From the NCBI GenBank assembly GCA_964622215.1, contig CAZUNT010000009.1, forward strand, positions 2,081 through 66,080: a stretch of DNA of 64,000 nucleotides, read 5' to 3'. The notes under the pieces are model-generated. The model did not search any database. It saw nothing but the letters and a program-made list of their open reading frames with translations, and was not told where the DNA came from. The stretch comes from an uncultured Caldilineaceae bacterium. Lineage in GTDB: Bacteria; Chloroflexota; Anaerolineae; 4572-78; J111. Both the position numbers and the translations under genes were made by a program. Shown here piece by piece: positions 46,301 through 54,900 of the stretch. Each line of letters starts with the position of its first letter. Positions within the stretch are counted from its first letter, which is position 1.

Positions 46301-48275
46301 AATCAGTATCCAAACAGATGAGTTTTGCCTCCTGCTTAGGTAAACGCTCGACCAGGCGGTGTTGCGTTAACAGCACCGGCGCTTGGGCGTTGGCCAGGAC
46401 AAAGGCGATTCGTTCCAGGGGATAGGCGGGGTCTTGCGGGATATAGGCCCCCCCGGCTTTGAGGACGCCGAGCATCGCCACGACCATCTCCACCGAGTTC
46501 TCCAAGCAAATGCCCACCAGTACATCTGGCCTCACTCCTAAACTCCGCAAATAGTGGGCCAGTTGGTTGGAGCGCCGGTTTAGCTCCCGGTAAGTCAAAA
46601 TTTGTTGGTCGAAGATGACCGCGATGGCGTCAGGTGTCCGCTCGATCTGAGCCTCGATGAGTTCAGGCAGGGTTAAAGCCGGGGTATACTCTGCCTCCGT
46701 AGCGTTCCATTCCTCCAGTAATTGCCGTCGCTCGGCCAGGGTAAGCAACGGCAGGCCGGAGAGTCGCTGGTCGAGGTTGGCGACGATACTCTCCAGCAAA
46801 GTCTGGTAATGCCCTGTCATCCGGGTGATGGTGGTGGAGTCAAACAGGTCGGTGTTGTATTCCCATTTTCCCAGCACTCCCTGGGGTGTATCGGTTACGT
46901 ACAAAGTCAACTCAAACTTGGTTACACCCGTGTCAACTTCAAACGGGCTAACAGTCAGCCCTGCCAGTTTTAGCAGCGGCAGAGAGGGCTGTGGAGCAAA
47001 AGCTACCTGGAACAGCGGGTTGTGGCCCAGGTCTCGCTCCGGGTGCAACGCTTCGACCAATTTCTCAAAGGGTAAATCTTGGTGCGCCTCAGCTCCCAAC
47101 ATCGTTTCTCGAACTCGTCCCAGTAACTCCCGAAACGTAGGGTGGCCGGCCAGGCTGGTGCGCAAGACAAGGGTGTTGACAAAAAAGCCGATGAGTTCCT
47201 CCAACTCGCTCCGGTTACGGTTGGATATCGGCAGGCCCACAATGACGTCGTCCTGGCCGGTGTAACGATAAAGCAGCGTCTTGAACGCCGCCAGGAGGGT
47301 CATAAACAAGGTGATACCGACCTGTTGGCTTAAAACTCGCAGGGCCTCGCTCAATTCCTGGGGCAGCAGCCATGTTTGGGCCGCGCCCCGGTAGGTTTGC
47401 ACCGCGGGTCGGGAGCGGTCGGTGGGCAGTTCCAGGCTGGGCGGATGGCTGCCCAAGCACTGACGCCAGTAGGCCAGTTGCTTTTCCAGCACCTCTCCTT
47501 GTTGCCACTGCCGCTGCCAAACGGCAAAGTCGGCGTATTGAAGGGACAGCTCAGGCAGCAATGCGGGTAATCCGGCCAGGTAAGCCTCGTAAAGCAGTGC
47601 TAGCTCGTGGAAGAGAACCTCCATAGACCAGCCATCGGTGATGATGTGATGCATAACCAGGAGCAATACGTGCTCCGTCTCGACCAATTGGAATAGAGCA
47701 ACTCGTAGGAGTGGACCTTGAGCCAGGTTAAAGGGGCGGCGAGCCTCCTCTTGCATTTTGGATTTTAAAGTTTGAATTTTAGACGGCTTATCTGATGAAG
47801 GGTGATCCTGGATTTGGGTCAAATCGTAAATCGTAAATCGTAAATCCAAAATTGGGTGGATAACTTGCACCGGTTGTCCGTCCACCGTTACAAAAGTGGT
47901 GCGCAAGATTTCGTGGCGGCGCACCAGGTCGCCCAGGCTTTGTTCCAGCGCGGTCATGTTGAGCGGGCCGACCAGGTGAAAGGCAGCCGTTTCATTGTAG
48001 GTGGGGCGGCCCGGTTCCAACTGGTCGAAAAACCAGAGGCGCTGCTGGGCAAAAGACAGCGGCAAATTTTGCCGGCGTGAGGCCGGCGTGATGGGTGGGG
48101 AGCCAGCTTGCACCCGGCGAAAAAATTCAAGGATTTCGGTTTTGCGGGCGCTCAATTCGGCCCGCAAGGCCGGGGTTACCGTCCCCTGGGGCGCGTTGTA
48201 ATGCAGCCGATCTCCATCGGCCGAAAGGTTGATCCCCAACTGGCGGAGATGGGATAGAAACTCGAGTAAAGTCAT
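43362..48275 (-). CDS. NRPS module 2: N-terminal docking domain-C(LCL-type)-A-T-E
   Basis: TubC-like N-terminus (LLEFLSHLRQLGINLSADGDRL), LSFAQQRLWF, MHHIITDGWS, LAYVLYTSGSTGRPKG, GGDSILSIQ (the T type found before E domains), HHLVVDGVSWRIL. Confidence 0.95.
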   Translation of the reverse strand: MTLLEFLSHLRQLGINLSADGDRLHYNAPQGTVTPALRAELSARKTEILEFFRRVQAGSPPITPASRRQNLPLSFAQQRLWFFDQLEPGRPTYNETAAFHLVGPLNMTALEQSLGDLVRRHEILRTTFVTVDGQPVQVIHPILDLRFTIYDLTQIQDHPSSDKPSKIQTLKSKMQEEARRPFNLAQGPLLRVALFQLVETEHVLLLVMHHIITDGWSMEVLFHELALLYEAYLAGLPALLPELSLQYADFAVWQRQWQQGEVLEKQLAYWRQCLGSHPPSLELPTDRSRPAVQTYRGAAQTWLLPQELSEALRVLSQQVGITLFMTLLAAFKTLLYRYTGQDDVIVGLPISNRNRSELEELIGFFVNTLVLRTSLAGHPTFRELLGRVRETMLGAEAHQDLPFEKLVEALHPERDLGHNPLFQVAFAPQPSLPLLKLAGLTVSPFEVDTGVTKFELTLYVTDTPQGVLGKWEYNTDLFDSTTITRMTGHYQTLLESIVANLDQRLSGLPLLTLAERRQLLEEWNATEAEYTPALTLPELIEAQIERTPDAIAVIFDQQILTYRELNRRSNQLAHYLRSLGVRPDVLVGICLENSVEMVVAMLGVLKAGGAYIPQDPAYPLERIAFVLANAQAPVLLTQHRLVERLPKQEAKLICLDTDWETIANQPDKNLRSEITPDNLAYVLYTSGSTGRPKGVMISHRAIANHMQWLQTAFPLNETDAVFQKTPVSFDASVWEFYAPLLAGARLVLARSGGHADPAYLIKTITERRVTILQLVPSLLQLLVSEPGFAACTSLKRVFCGGEPLPPELVAHFYAQLPADLINLYGPTEATIDATFWVCPRGDQPHFISIGRPIANVQAYILDTHLQPVPIGVPGELYLGGSGLARGYLNRPDLTAERFIPNPFNPIADRHLPPAATEPSVFSGLPSVVSSRLYNSGDLARYLPDGNIEFLGRVDHQVKVRGYRIELGEIEAALRQHPTVSETVVLARSDKYGPGQKQLVAYLVAEPERRPTLTELRIFLKQTLPEYMIPSAFVFLEAMPLTPNGKIDRRALPVPDQAGPISAEKTLTAPRNQIEQTLVEIWIQVLQIERVGVFDNFFELGGDSILSIQIIARANQAGLRLTPRQFFQHQTIAELAAVADTALITSIEQGPVTGPVPLTPIQHWFFEQNLPDPHYWNQAMLLEAKQPLNPLLLEQAIQYLLVHHDALRMRFYPSSSIPLAGGKERNWQQIETDLAEHTPFTHLDLAARGAIEPGTVIEAAAAELQASLNLTQGPLLRVALLDLGSEQPNRLLIVIHHLVVDGVSWRILLEDLQTAYQQLEQGEVVHLPAKTTSYKQWAERLAEAAKKRATEQTGLAHWLAESPLPIPPLPIDYPEGRQTNPEASARTVTVALTTAETRALLQDVPAAYHTQINEVLLTALAQTLTEWTGSPALRLDLEGHGREEIMPGVDLSRTVGWFTTIFPVCLDLRSAHRPGEALKSIKEQLRRIPEHGIGYGLLRYLSEDSAIKSQLRAQPQAEISFNYLGQFDQVLGGSTLFRLARELSGSEHSPRGQRRYVLEVESSIIAGQLQLAWVYSENIHRRSTIERLAGDFMAALRALILHCQSPEAGGYTPSDFPEANLSQAELDDLLADLNETME
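47810..47847. repeat. In-frame heptamer tandem repeat inside the NRPS2 C domain
   Basis: GGATTT..(AAATCGT)x3..AAATCC on the + strand, encoding ..LDLRFTIYDL.. on the - strand. Confidence 0.7.
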
Positions 48276-51200
48276 ATTTCGCCCTCTTCACGCTCTCCCC
48301 AATCCCCGGGCTGGGGGCCGGGAAGCCCGCCCTGGGCGGCCCATCGGAGCGTTTCGATATGTTCGGCCAGGGTGGCGACCGTAGGAGTTTCGAACATGGT
48401 ACGCAAAGGTAATTCTAACTGGAGCGTATCGCGGAGCCGGGAGATAATGCGGGTAGCCAGGAGGGATTGGCCGCCCAACTCAAAGAAGTTGTCTTGAACG
48501 CCAACTTGTTCCAGGCCCAGTACCTCGGCCCAAATACCGGCCAGGAGGGCCTCAGTAGGGGTACGCGGAGCTGCGAAAGTTTCCCCAGATTGGGGCCGAG
48601 CGAAATCGGGTGGGGGCAGGGCGCGGCGATCTACTTTGCCGTTGGGCGTTAAGGGGAGCGTATCTAGTAATATAAACACGGACGGCAGCATATAGTCAGG
48701 TAGTTTTGCCGGCAAGAAACGGCGCAACTCAAATATTAGGGAGGTGGGTATAGGGTGGGGAGCTTGTTTGGGAACCAGGTAAGCAATCAAACGTTTGTCT
48801 CCTGCCGGGTCTTCATTAACCACGACCACACTTCCCTGTACGGCCGGGTGCTGATTCAGCGCCACTTCAATCTCACCCAATTCAATCCGGTAGCCACGTA
48901 CCTTGACTTGGTGATCCCGGCGCCCGAGAAACTCAAGGTTACCATCCGGCCGGTAGCGGGCCAAATCACCGGACCTATAAAGGCGGGACGCTTCGCGTGA
49001 GGGCTGAAGGATGAAGGGAGGGGTTTCATCCTTCTTCTGCTTTTCTTTCATCCTGCCACCTTCATCCTTCATCCTTCCAAAGGGGTTTGGGATAAATTTT
49101 TCGGCGGTGGCCGTCGGGTGATCGAGGTAGCCCCGGGCCAGGCCGGCTCCGCCAAGATATAACTCGCCGGGAATACCGATAGGCACGGGCTGCAACTGCT
49201 CGTCCAGGAGATAAATCTGGGTATTGGCAATGGGGCGACCGATGGTGGCCGGCCCCTGGCTATCTCGAAGGGCAAAGGTAGAGTAGGTTGTATCTTCAGA
49301 GGGACCGTAAAGGTCAAAAACTCGTTGAACGCTCTTTTGCCGATAAATCTGCTGCACCAATTCGGGGCGGAGCGGCTCGCCGGCCAAGTTGACGGTTCGG
49401 ACCGAAGCGGGCAAATTGCCGGCCCGCAACAATTCAGCCATAGCTGAGGGGACTGTATTAATCAGAGTCACTTGTCGGGCTGCGGGTAAGGTGGGCAAAT
49501 GCAGAGCATTCTCGGCCAGAATAACGCGCCCGCCCCAACTCAAGGGCACAAATAGCTCAAACACCGATAGGTCGAAATTGAGCGAGGTGGAGGCCAATAC
49601 ACCGGCCAGGTCACTCGCCGTAAAAATCTGACCCGCCCAGGCCACCAGGGCGACCGGGCTGCGGTGCTCAATGGCGACCCCCTTGGGCTGACCGGTTGAA
49701 CCTGAGGTAAACAAAACATAGGCTAAATTTTGCGGCGTCACCCCACTGTCCGGATTCTCAACGTTGTACCGGGTAATGGCCGGCCAGTCTTTGTCCAGGC
49801 AGATGACGCGAGCCTTATGTTCCGGTAGTTTTTCAACCAGCCGCTGTTGGGTTAGTAACACCGGAACCTGGGTATTGGCCAACATCAGGGCCAGCCGTTC
49901 CTGGGGATAAACGGGGTCGAGCGGCACATAAGCCCCACCCGCCTTGAGGATGCCCAACAGCCCTACCACCATTTCCAGGGAACGGGTTATACAAAGGCCG
50001 ACGATAACCTCCGGGCCGACTCCGTGCGCTTGCAGATAATGCGCCAGTTGGTTGGCCCGCTGGTTCAATTCTTGATAGGTGATCATCCTTTCCCGCTCTC
50101 TGGCCAAAAGGGAGGTGCTGGGGCGGGTGAACGGGGTCACGGCAATTGCTTCAGGCACTCGTTCCACCTGAGTTTCAAACAGTTGGTGCAAGCAGCGGTC
50201 GCGGGGATAATCGGCTTCAGTTTGGTTCCACTCTACCAACACCTGGCGGCGTTCGTCTTCCGGCAGGAGAGACAAATGGACCAGGGGTTGGTGAGGTTGG
50301 CTAATGATACTTTGGAGCAAGGTGCTGAACTGAGCGGCTATCCTGACCAGGTTAGACTCGGTCAGAACTTGCGGGTCATAGAGCCAGTAACAGGAATAGC
50401 TCGTTTCTTCCAGTGGAATGACCAGCGTCAAATTACTGTCAGCCGTTTCAGACTTGTGGGGATCGATTAGGTTCTCGACTTGTTCAACGATGACAGGCCA
50501 GAGAGGTTTTACCCCCGGTTGGGGTAATGAACTCAGTTCCGGGTATCTGGCCGGAACATCGCGGGCATAAGTCTGGTGATGATTGACTAACTCAACCCCG
50601 TCGCGCATGGCCTGGTAGACCTGCTCAAAGGGCCACATGGGATTTAGCTCAATTCGTAGGGGAACTGTTGCGCTGAACAAGCCCTCCAATCCGGCCAGGC
50701 TGCGCTTCAACTCGGCCGGTTTGAAACCCAAATCAAAACAGCTAACCCCGTTAAGCCGGGCCAGGTAGGCAACCCAGGCCGCCAGTAGAAAATCGCTTAA
50801 CCGCCAGCCGGACTGTTGGTTCTGGAGGAAGGTATTAACTTCGGCGGGAATGGGCATGGGTAAACGAACTCTTCGCGCTGATTGGTCAGGTGTGGCATCT
50901 CTTTCCAGGTAGGGCAATGAAATGGGCTGTATCGTCGCCAGGCGCTCCACCCAGAAGGACTCATGCGGGCAAAGGGCTGCATACAGGGTGGTCATACGGC
51001 CGGTTATCCCCAGATCAAGGTCGGGCAGCCGGTAGCCCTCGCCCAGCCCAAATTGAGTGACGAGATCAGGAATCGCCAGAGGGCGACCATCTATAGTTAG
51101 CAACCGGCGGAGCAAAACCTGATGGGTGGCAGAGGCGACCTGAAGAAAATCAGGCCCCAGGTAGGTGATGGTCCCTGGCGGGACCGGAATTTTCGCGGTG

Positions 51201-51961
51201 AAGATTTCGACTTCTGAGACAAGGAGAAACTCTGGGCCCAGGAATAATTTTGGATAAGCGACCGGGTTGGGATACGGTCCAAAATGCAGCGCCCGAACCA
51301 GGGCCTCAATATCGGCGGCGGTTTGTTGCCACGAAAGCAGGCCACCGGCCGATGGTTTTTGGCAGCGCCAAAAGTAGGTGCGTTCGGCCAGATTTTGGGG
51401 GTGCGCCGGTACACGCCCACGCGCCAAATCATCAACTAACTCAGCAAATGAGCGTATCGCGGCGTCGTAGCATTTGGTGTTGAGTGTCAACGCGGTCTCA
51501 TCGGCAGCAAGATCAACAGGGACCTGTTTTAAGATATCGCCCGCGTTGACCTGGGGGGTCATCACGTGCCAGGTGACGGCGTAGGCGGTTTCGTGTTGAA
51601 GAATAGCCCAGGAGGTAGGGTAATGGCCGGCGTATTTGGGCAAAGGCCCGTCATGATAATTGATGGCCCCCCGCCGGGGTAAAGCCAGCACAGAGGGGGG
51701 AAGGATGACATCACTGGCGAGGCTGAACAGATAATCAAAGGAAGCCTGGCCCAACCAGGCGATAAGATCAACTGGGGTGGGTAAGCCCTTGTTTATTTTA
51801 AGATGGGGGATGTTTTTTTTTGCCGCCCATCGGAGTAGTGATATATCGGAGGAAACAACACCACAAGCGGTATGTCCGGCCTGGAGCAGAATGTCGATAC
51901 ACTGAATGGGCAGCGTCCCTTCACCAATGATCACACTGCTTAATTTGTCATAGCCGCTCAT
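48272..51961 (-). CDS. NRPS loading module: formyltransferase-like domain - C-terminal half of a C domain - A - T
   Basis: INYHDGPLPKYAG and NAGDIL (Fmt-type Asn/His/Asp), a C-domain-like region without HHxxxDG, LAYVLFTSGSTGQPKG, GGQSLLA. The 4-nt ATGA overlaps the NRPS2 start. Confidence 0.9.
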   Translation of the reverse strand: MSGYDKLSSVIIGEGTLPIQCIDILLQAGHTACGVVSSDISLLRWAAKKNIPHLKINKGLPTPVDLIAWLGQASFDYLFSLASDVILPPSVLALPRRGAINYHDGPLPKYAGHYPTSWAILQHETAYAVTWHVMTPQVNAGDILKQVPVDLAADETALTLNTKCYDAAIRSFAELVDDLARGRVPAHPQNLAERTYFWRCQKPSAGGLLSWQQTAADIEALVRALHFGPYPNPVAYPKLFLGPEFLLVSEVEIFTAKIPVPPGTITYLGPDFLQVASATHQVLLRRLLTIDGRPLAIPDLVTQFGLGEGYRLPDLDLGITGRMTTLYAALCPHESFWVERLATIQPISLPYLERDATPDQSARRVRLPMPIPAEVNTFLQNQQSGWRLSDFLLAAWVAYLARLNGVSCFDLGFKPAELKRSLAGLEGLFSATVPLRIELNPMWPFEQVYQAMRDGVELVNHHQTYARDVPARYPELSSLPQPGVKPLWPVIVEQVENLIDPHKSETADSNLTLVIPLEETSYSCYWLYDPQVLTESNLVRIAAQFSTLLQSIISQPHQPLVHLSLLPEDERRQVLVEWNQTEADYPRDRCLHQLFETQVERVPEAIAVTPFTRPSTSLLARERERMITYQELNQRANQLAHYLQAHGVGPEVIVGLCITRSLEMVVGLLGILKAGGAYVPLDPVYPQERLALMLANTQVPVLLTQQRLVEKLPEHKARVICLDKDWPAITRYNVENPDSGVTPQNLAYVLFTSGSTGQPKGVAIEHRSPVALVAWAGQIFTASDLAGVLASTSLNFDLSVFELFVPLSWGGRVILAENALHLPTLPAARQVTLINTVPSAMAELLRAGNLPASVRTVNLAGEPLRPELVQQIYRQKSVQRVFDLYGPSEDTTYSTFALRDSQGPATIGRPIANTQIYLLDEQLQPVPIGIPGELYLGGAGLARGYLDHPTATAEKFIPNPFGRMKDEGGRMKEKQKKDETPPFILQPSREASRLYRSGDLARYRPDGNLEFLGRRDHQVKVRGYRIELGEIEVALNQHPAVQGSVVVVNEDPAGDKRLIAYLVPKQAPHPIPTSLIFELRRFLPAKLPDYMLPSVFILLDTLPLTPNGKVDRRALPPPDFARPQSGETFAAPRTPTEALLAGIWAEVLGLEQVGVQDNFFELGGQSLLATRIISRLRDTLQLELPLRTMFETPTVATLAEHIETLRWAAQGGLPGPQPGDWGEREEGEI
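48986..49078. repeat. In-frame GGATGAA/TTCATCC heptamer palindrome inside the NRPS1 A domain
   Basis: GAAGGATGAA (49006-49015) / TTCATCCTTC (49025-49034) hairpin plus three or more further TTCATCC copies. It encodes GRMKDEGGRMKEKQKKDETPPFILQPSREAS. Confidence 0.75.
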
Positions 51962-51963
51962 GA

Positions 51964-54900
51964 TTAATCGAACTTGTCATAAAACTTCTGCAATTCACGG
52001 GTTCGAGCACGGGTCAAGTCGGCAATCCGGTCGTTAGCATCCCGTAAGCGTTGGCTCAGCACCTTGATCAGTTCCAGGGATAGATCAGGGTATTGGCGAG
52101 CCAGGACGATTAAAGGTTCGCGGCGTAGCCGTAAGATTAAGGTATCTTGGATGGCAGTTGCACTGGCCGAGCGCGGACTGTCGTCAAACAGATTCATTTC
52201 ACCAAAGTAAGAGTGAGCTTCAATAGTAGCCAGACGGGCAAAGGAACCTTTTCGTTTTTCTTGTTCAATGGCCACCCGACCACTAACAACTACATACAGT
52301 GCACCGCCGGGGTCATTTTCATTAAAGATACGGGTATCCTCTTCAAATAATTCCTCTTCGCATACATTCGCCAGCACTTTCAACTGATCAATGGTCATAC
52401 CCTCGAAAAAGGGAACTTCCTTCAAAAAGATAATTTTTTCGATGGTTGAAAGCAAAATTCCCTCCTCCTGGACTAAATTAGCAATATAAACGCCGGCCAT
52501 CATCTGTTTGGCGGCGCGTGCGGCCAGGCGCACATCAATGGAAGGATCGGCAAAGGCCTTGTCTACCAATGCTTCAATTTCCGACAGGGTAAAAGGAACC
52601 GGGCCGGACGAAGCTGCTGTGTTATTTACTTCGGGTTTTTCATCAGGCATGGGAGTGGAGCCAGGGCTGCCCACCAACGCACCCAGCAGGTCAACTGGCC
52701 TCCTCCGCCGTGTTTTTAAGTTTTCCGGGGGACTCTCTGGGGCGGATGGCTCGTCTTTGGCTGTTTCTGCCAGCGCGTTTAGCAGGTCGGTGGGATTGGG
52801 CCGGCGGGCCCGACGAAATTCAGGTTTGGTTTCTTGAAGCGGTTGGATGTCACTATCTGGTTCGGTTGGGGTATCAAATATACTGGCCGGTTGGGGCCGG
52901 CGGGCCGAATCCGAGGCGGCCTCGGCCAGGGATGAGTCACCCGGCCCTGCGGTCTCCACAGGCCGCAGAGCTGCCCCCATTTCGCCCAAAGCCAACGTCA
53001 TGATGGCTCGAAAGGATGAGTCGTCAGCGGTGGTGAGGAGTTGTTTAGTAGCGGTTGCCATGTCGGGAAAGGGCATGGCCCAGGTTTCCTGGCTGATTTG
53101 CAATAACTGGCTGAAATCGGGTTCCGGTTCAAACAGCGGCGCCAACAAGTGGGCCGTCTGGGGAGTAGTCAATGCTTCGAGCGCCTCCAGGGCATTAACT
53201 CGCACATGAGACGTTTCGCTGCGGAGCGACTCCGCTACCGTTTTTATCGTCTCTGGAGTATGGATAGCGGCCAGCAAATAAAAAATTTCTGTGACCAGTT
53301 GTTGATTTTGTTCCCGGAGCGCACTCTGTAAAACAGAAATACTGGGGTATACGGCGCAAGACTTCAGGGCCGCCAGGCGACCCATGTTGCGGTAAATAGT
53401 CAGCAGATTGCCGGTGATGTATGTCTCGACCAGGGGGCCAAAGTTACGCTGGTTGATGCGGCTCAGAATGACCGCTGCCATTTTACGCTGTTGGGGGTCA
53501 GGCGAGTCGAGGAGCGGATGAACGATGGGAATAGCCCCTTTACCAATTTGAACCAGAACATTTACGGCTGTGGCCCTCACTTGAGGGCTGGGATCGGTCA
53601 ATGCCCCCACCAACTCTTGGTACGAGTCATGAGTACCGATACATCCCAATACGATCAGAGCCGTCCGGCGTACCCGTTCAATGGGGTCTCGCCGTAGCGG
53701 GTCTATCGCTTCCAAAATCAAGCTGGTGGCCGGGAGAGACAGTTTCTCTTGGGCCAAGGCTTCAACGGCCAGTGCTGCTTCCAGGCGAACTTCATCGGCA
53801 GGATCGGCCAGGTATTTAACCAAGCCCTCAACGAAATGTTGACCGTTGGTATGTTCCAATACCCGCACTCCCCGAACCCGTTGGTGGGCTTCTTCATGAC
53901 ACAGGAACCCATTCAACGCCTGGGTTGCCGCGTCTTGATAGACCGGGTTATGGGAGCGAAGCAGGATAGGCAAAGCGCGGACTTGCACCTCCACCTCGGG
54001 ATCGTCCAACATTTTCAGCGCGAGTTCTAGTAGTTCCTCTCCCCCTGTCCCTGCCCATTCTTCTAGTCCGGTCAGGGCCGCTTGTCGAACTTGCCCCTCA
54101 GGATCAGCCAAAAAATCGGTATAAAGTTGGCGCGCCGCCTCACTTCGTGTGTCGGCAGCCACAAGAACGTCAATGATGCCGGCCCGGATCCGCCCGTCAG
54201 TGGCCGATCTGGCTGCCTGTCCCAGGATGGAAACGGCTTCACTTCCGCCAATCTCGCTGATGAGTTTAGCCATGAAGAGGGTCAGTTCATAACTGGTGCT
54301 TTCCTGGAGTTTTTTGTGCAATCCATTAAGCGTAGCCGGATCGGCGGCCGTCAGCCGGGCGACGCCTTGGGACACCAGGGCCGAAAAATCTTCTTGCTCC
54401 AACATCTTTACCAGGGCCAGGCTGTACTGGCGGCGAATCGCCAGCGCGCTGATAACGAAAGTCACCGCGAATAGCCCGATAACTACCGGTAAAAATCCGG
54501 CTATTTTGACCAGGGGTAATGAGAGTAACGCTCCCCCCAGCAGCGCCCCCACCGGCACCACGATACCACCAATAAAAACGTGTGCTCGCCCTTTGACTCT
54601 CAAGGGAACGGCATTATATAACAGGCTTTCAATGGGATAGCCTACGTTGCTATAGAAAACGATCCGGCCAAAATGGGCCAGGGCTGCCGTGAACAGACCT
54701 CGCCAGAAAATTAATCCCCCGGAGATAGCCAGCATCCCGGTGGGATAAATCAAGTTAGCATTTCCTACACCAACCCGGCTGATCATCCGGCTCAACAGCA
54801 GAAGTTGTAGGGGTAAGACAATCAGGTTGGCAATCCAGGTGACTCGAGCAATAAAATTGGAAATATTTTTGGTGGTTTCGAGTTCGCTGGCTGTCGCCAA

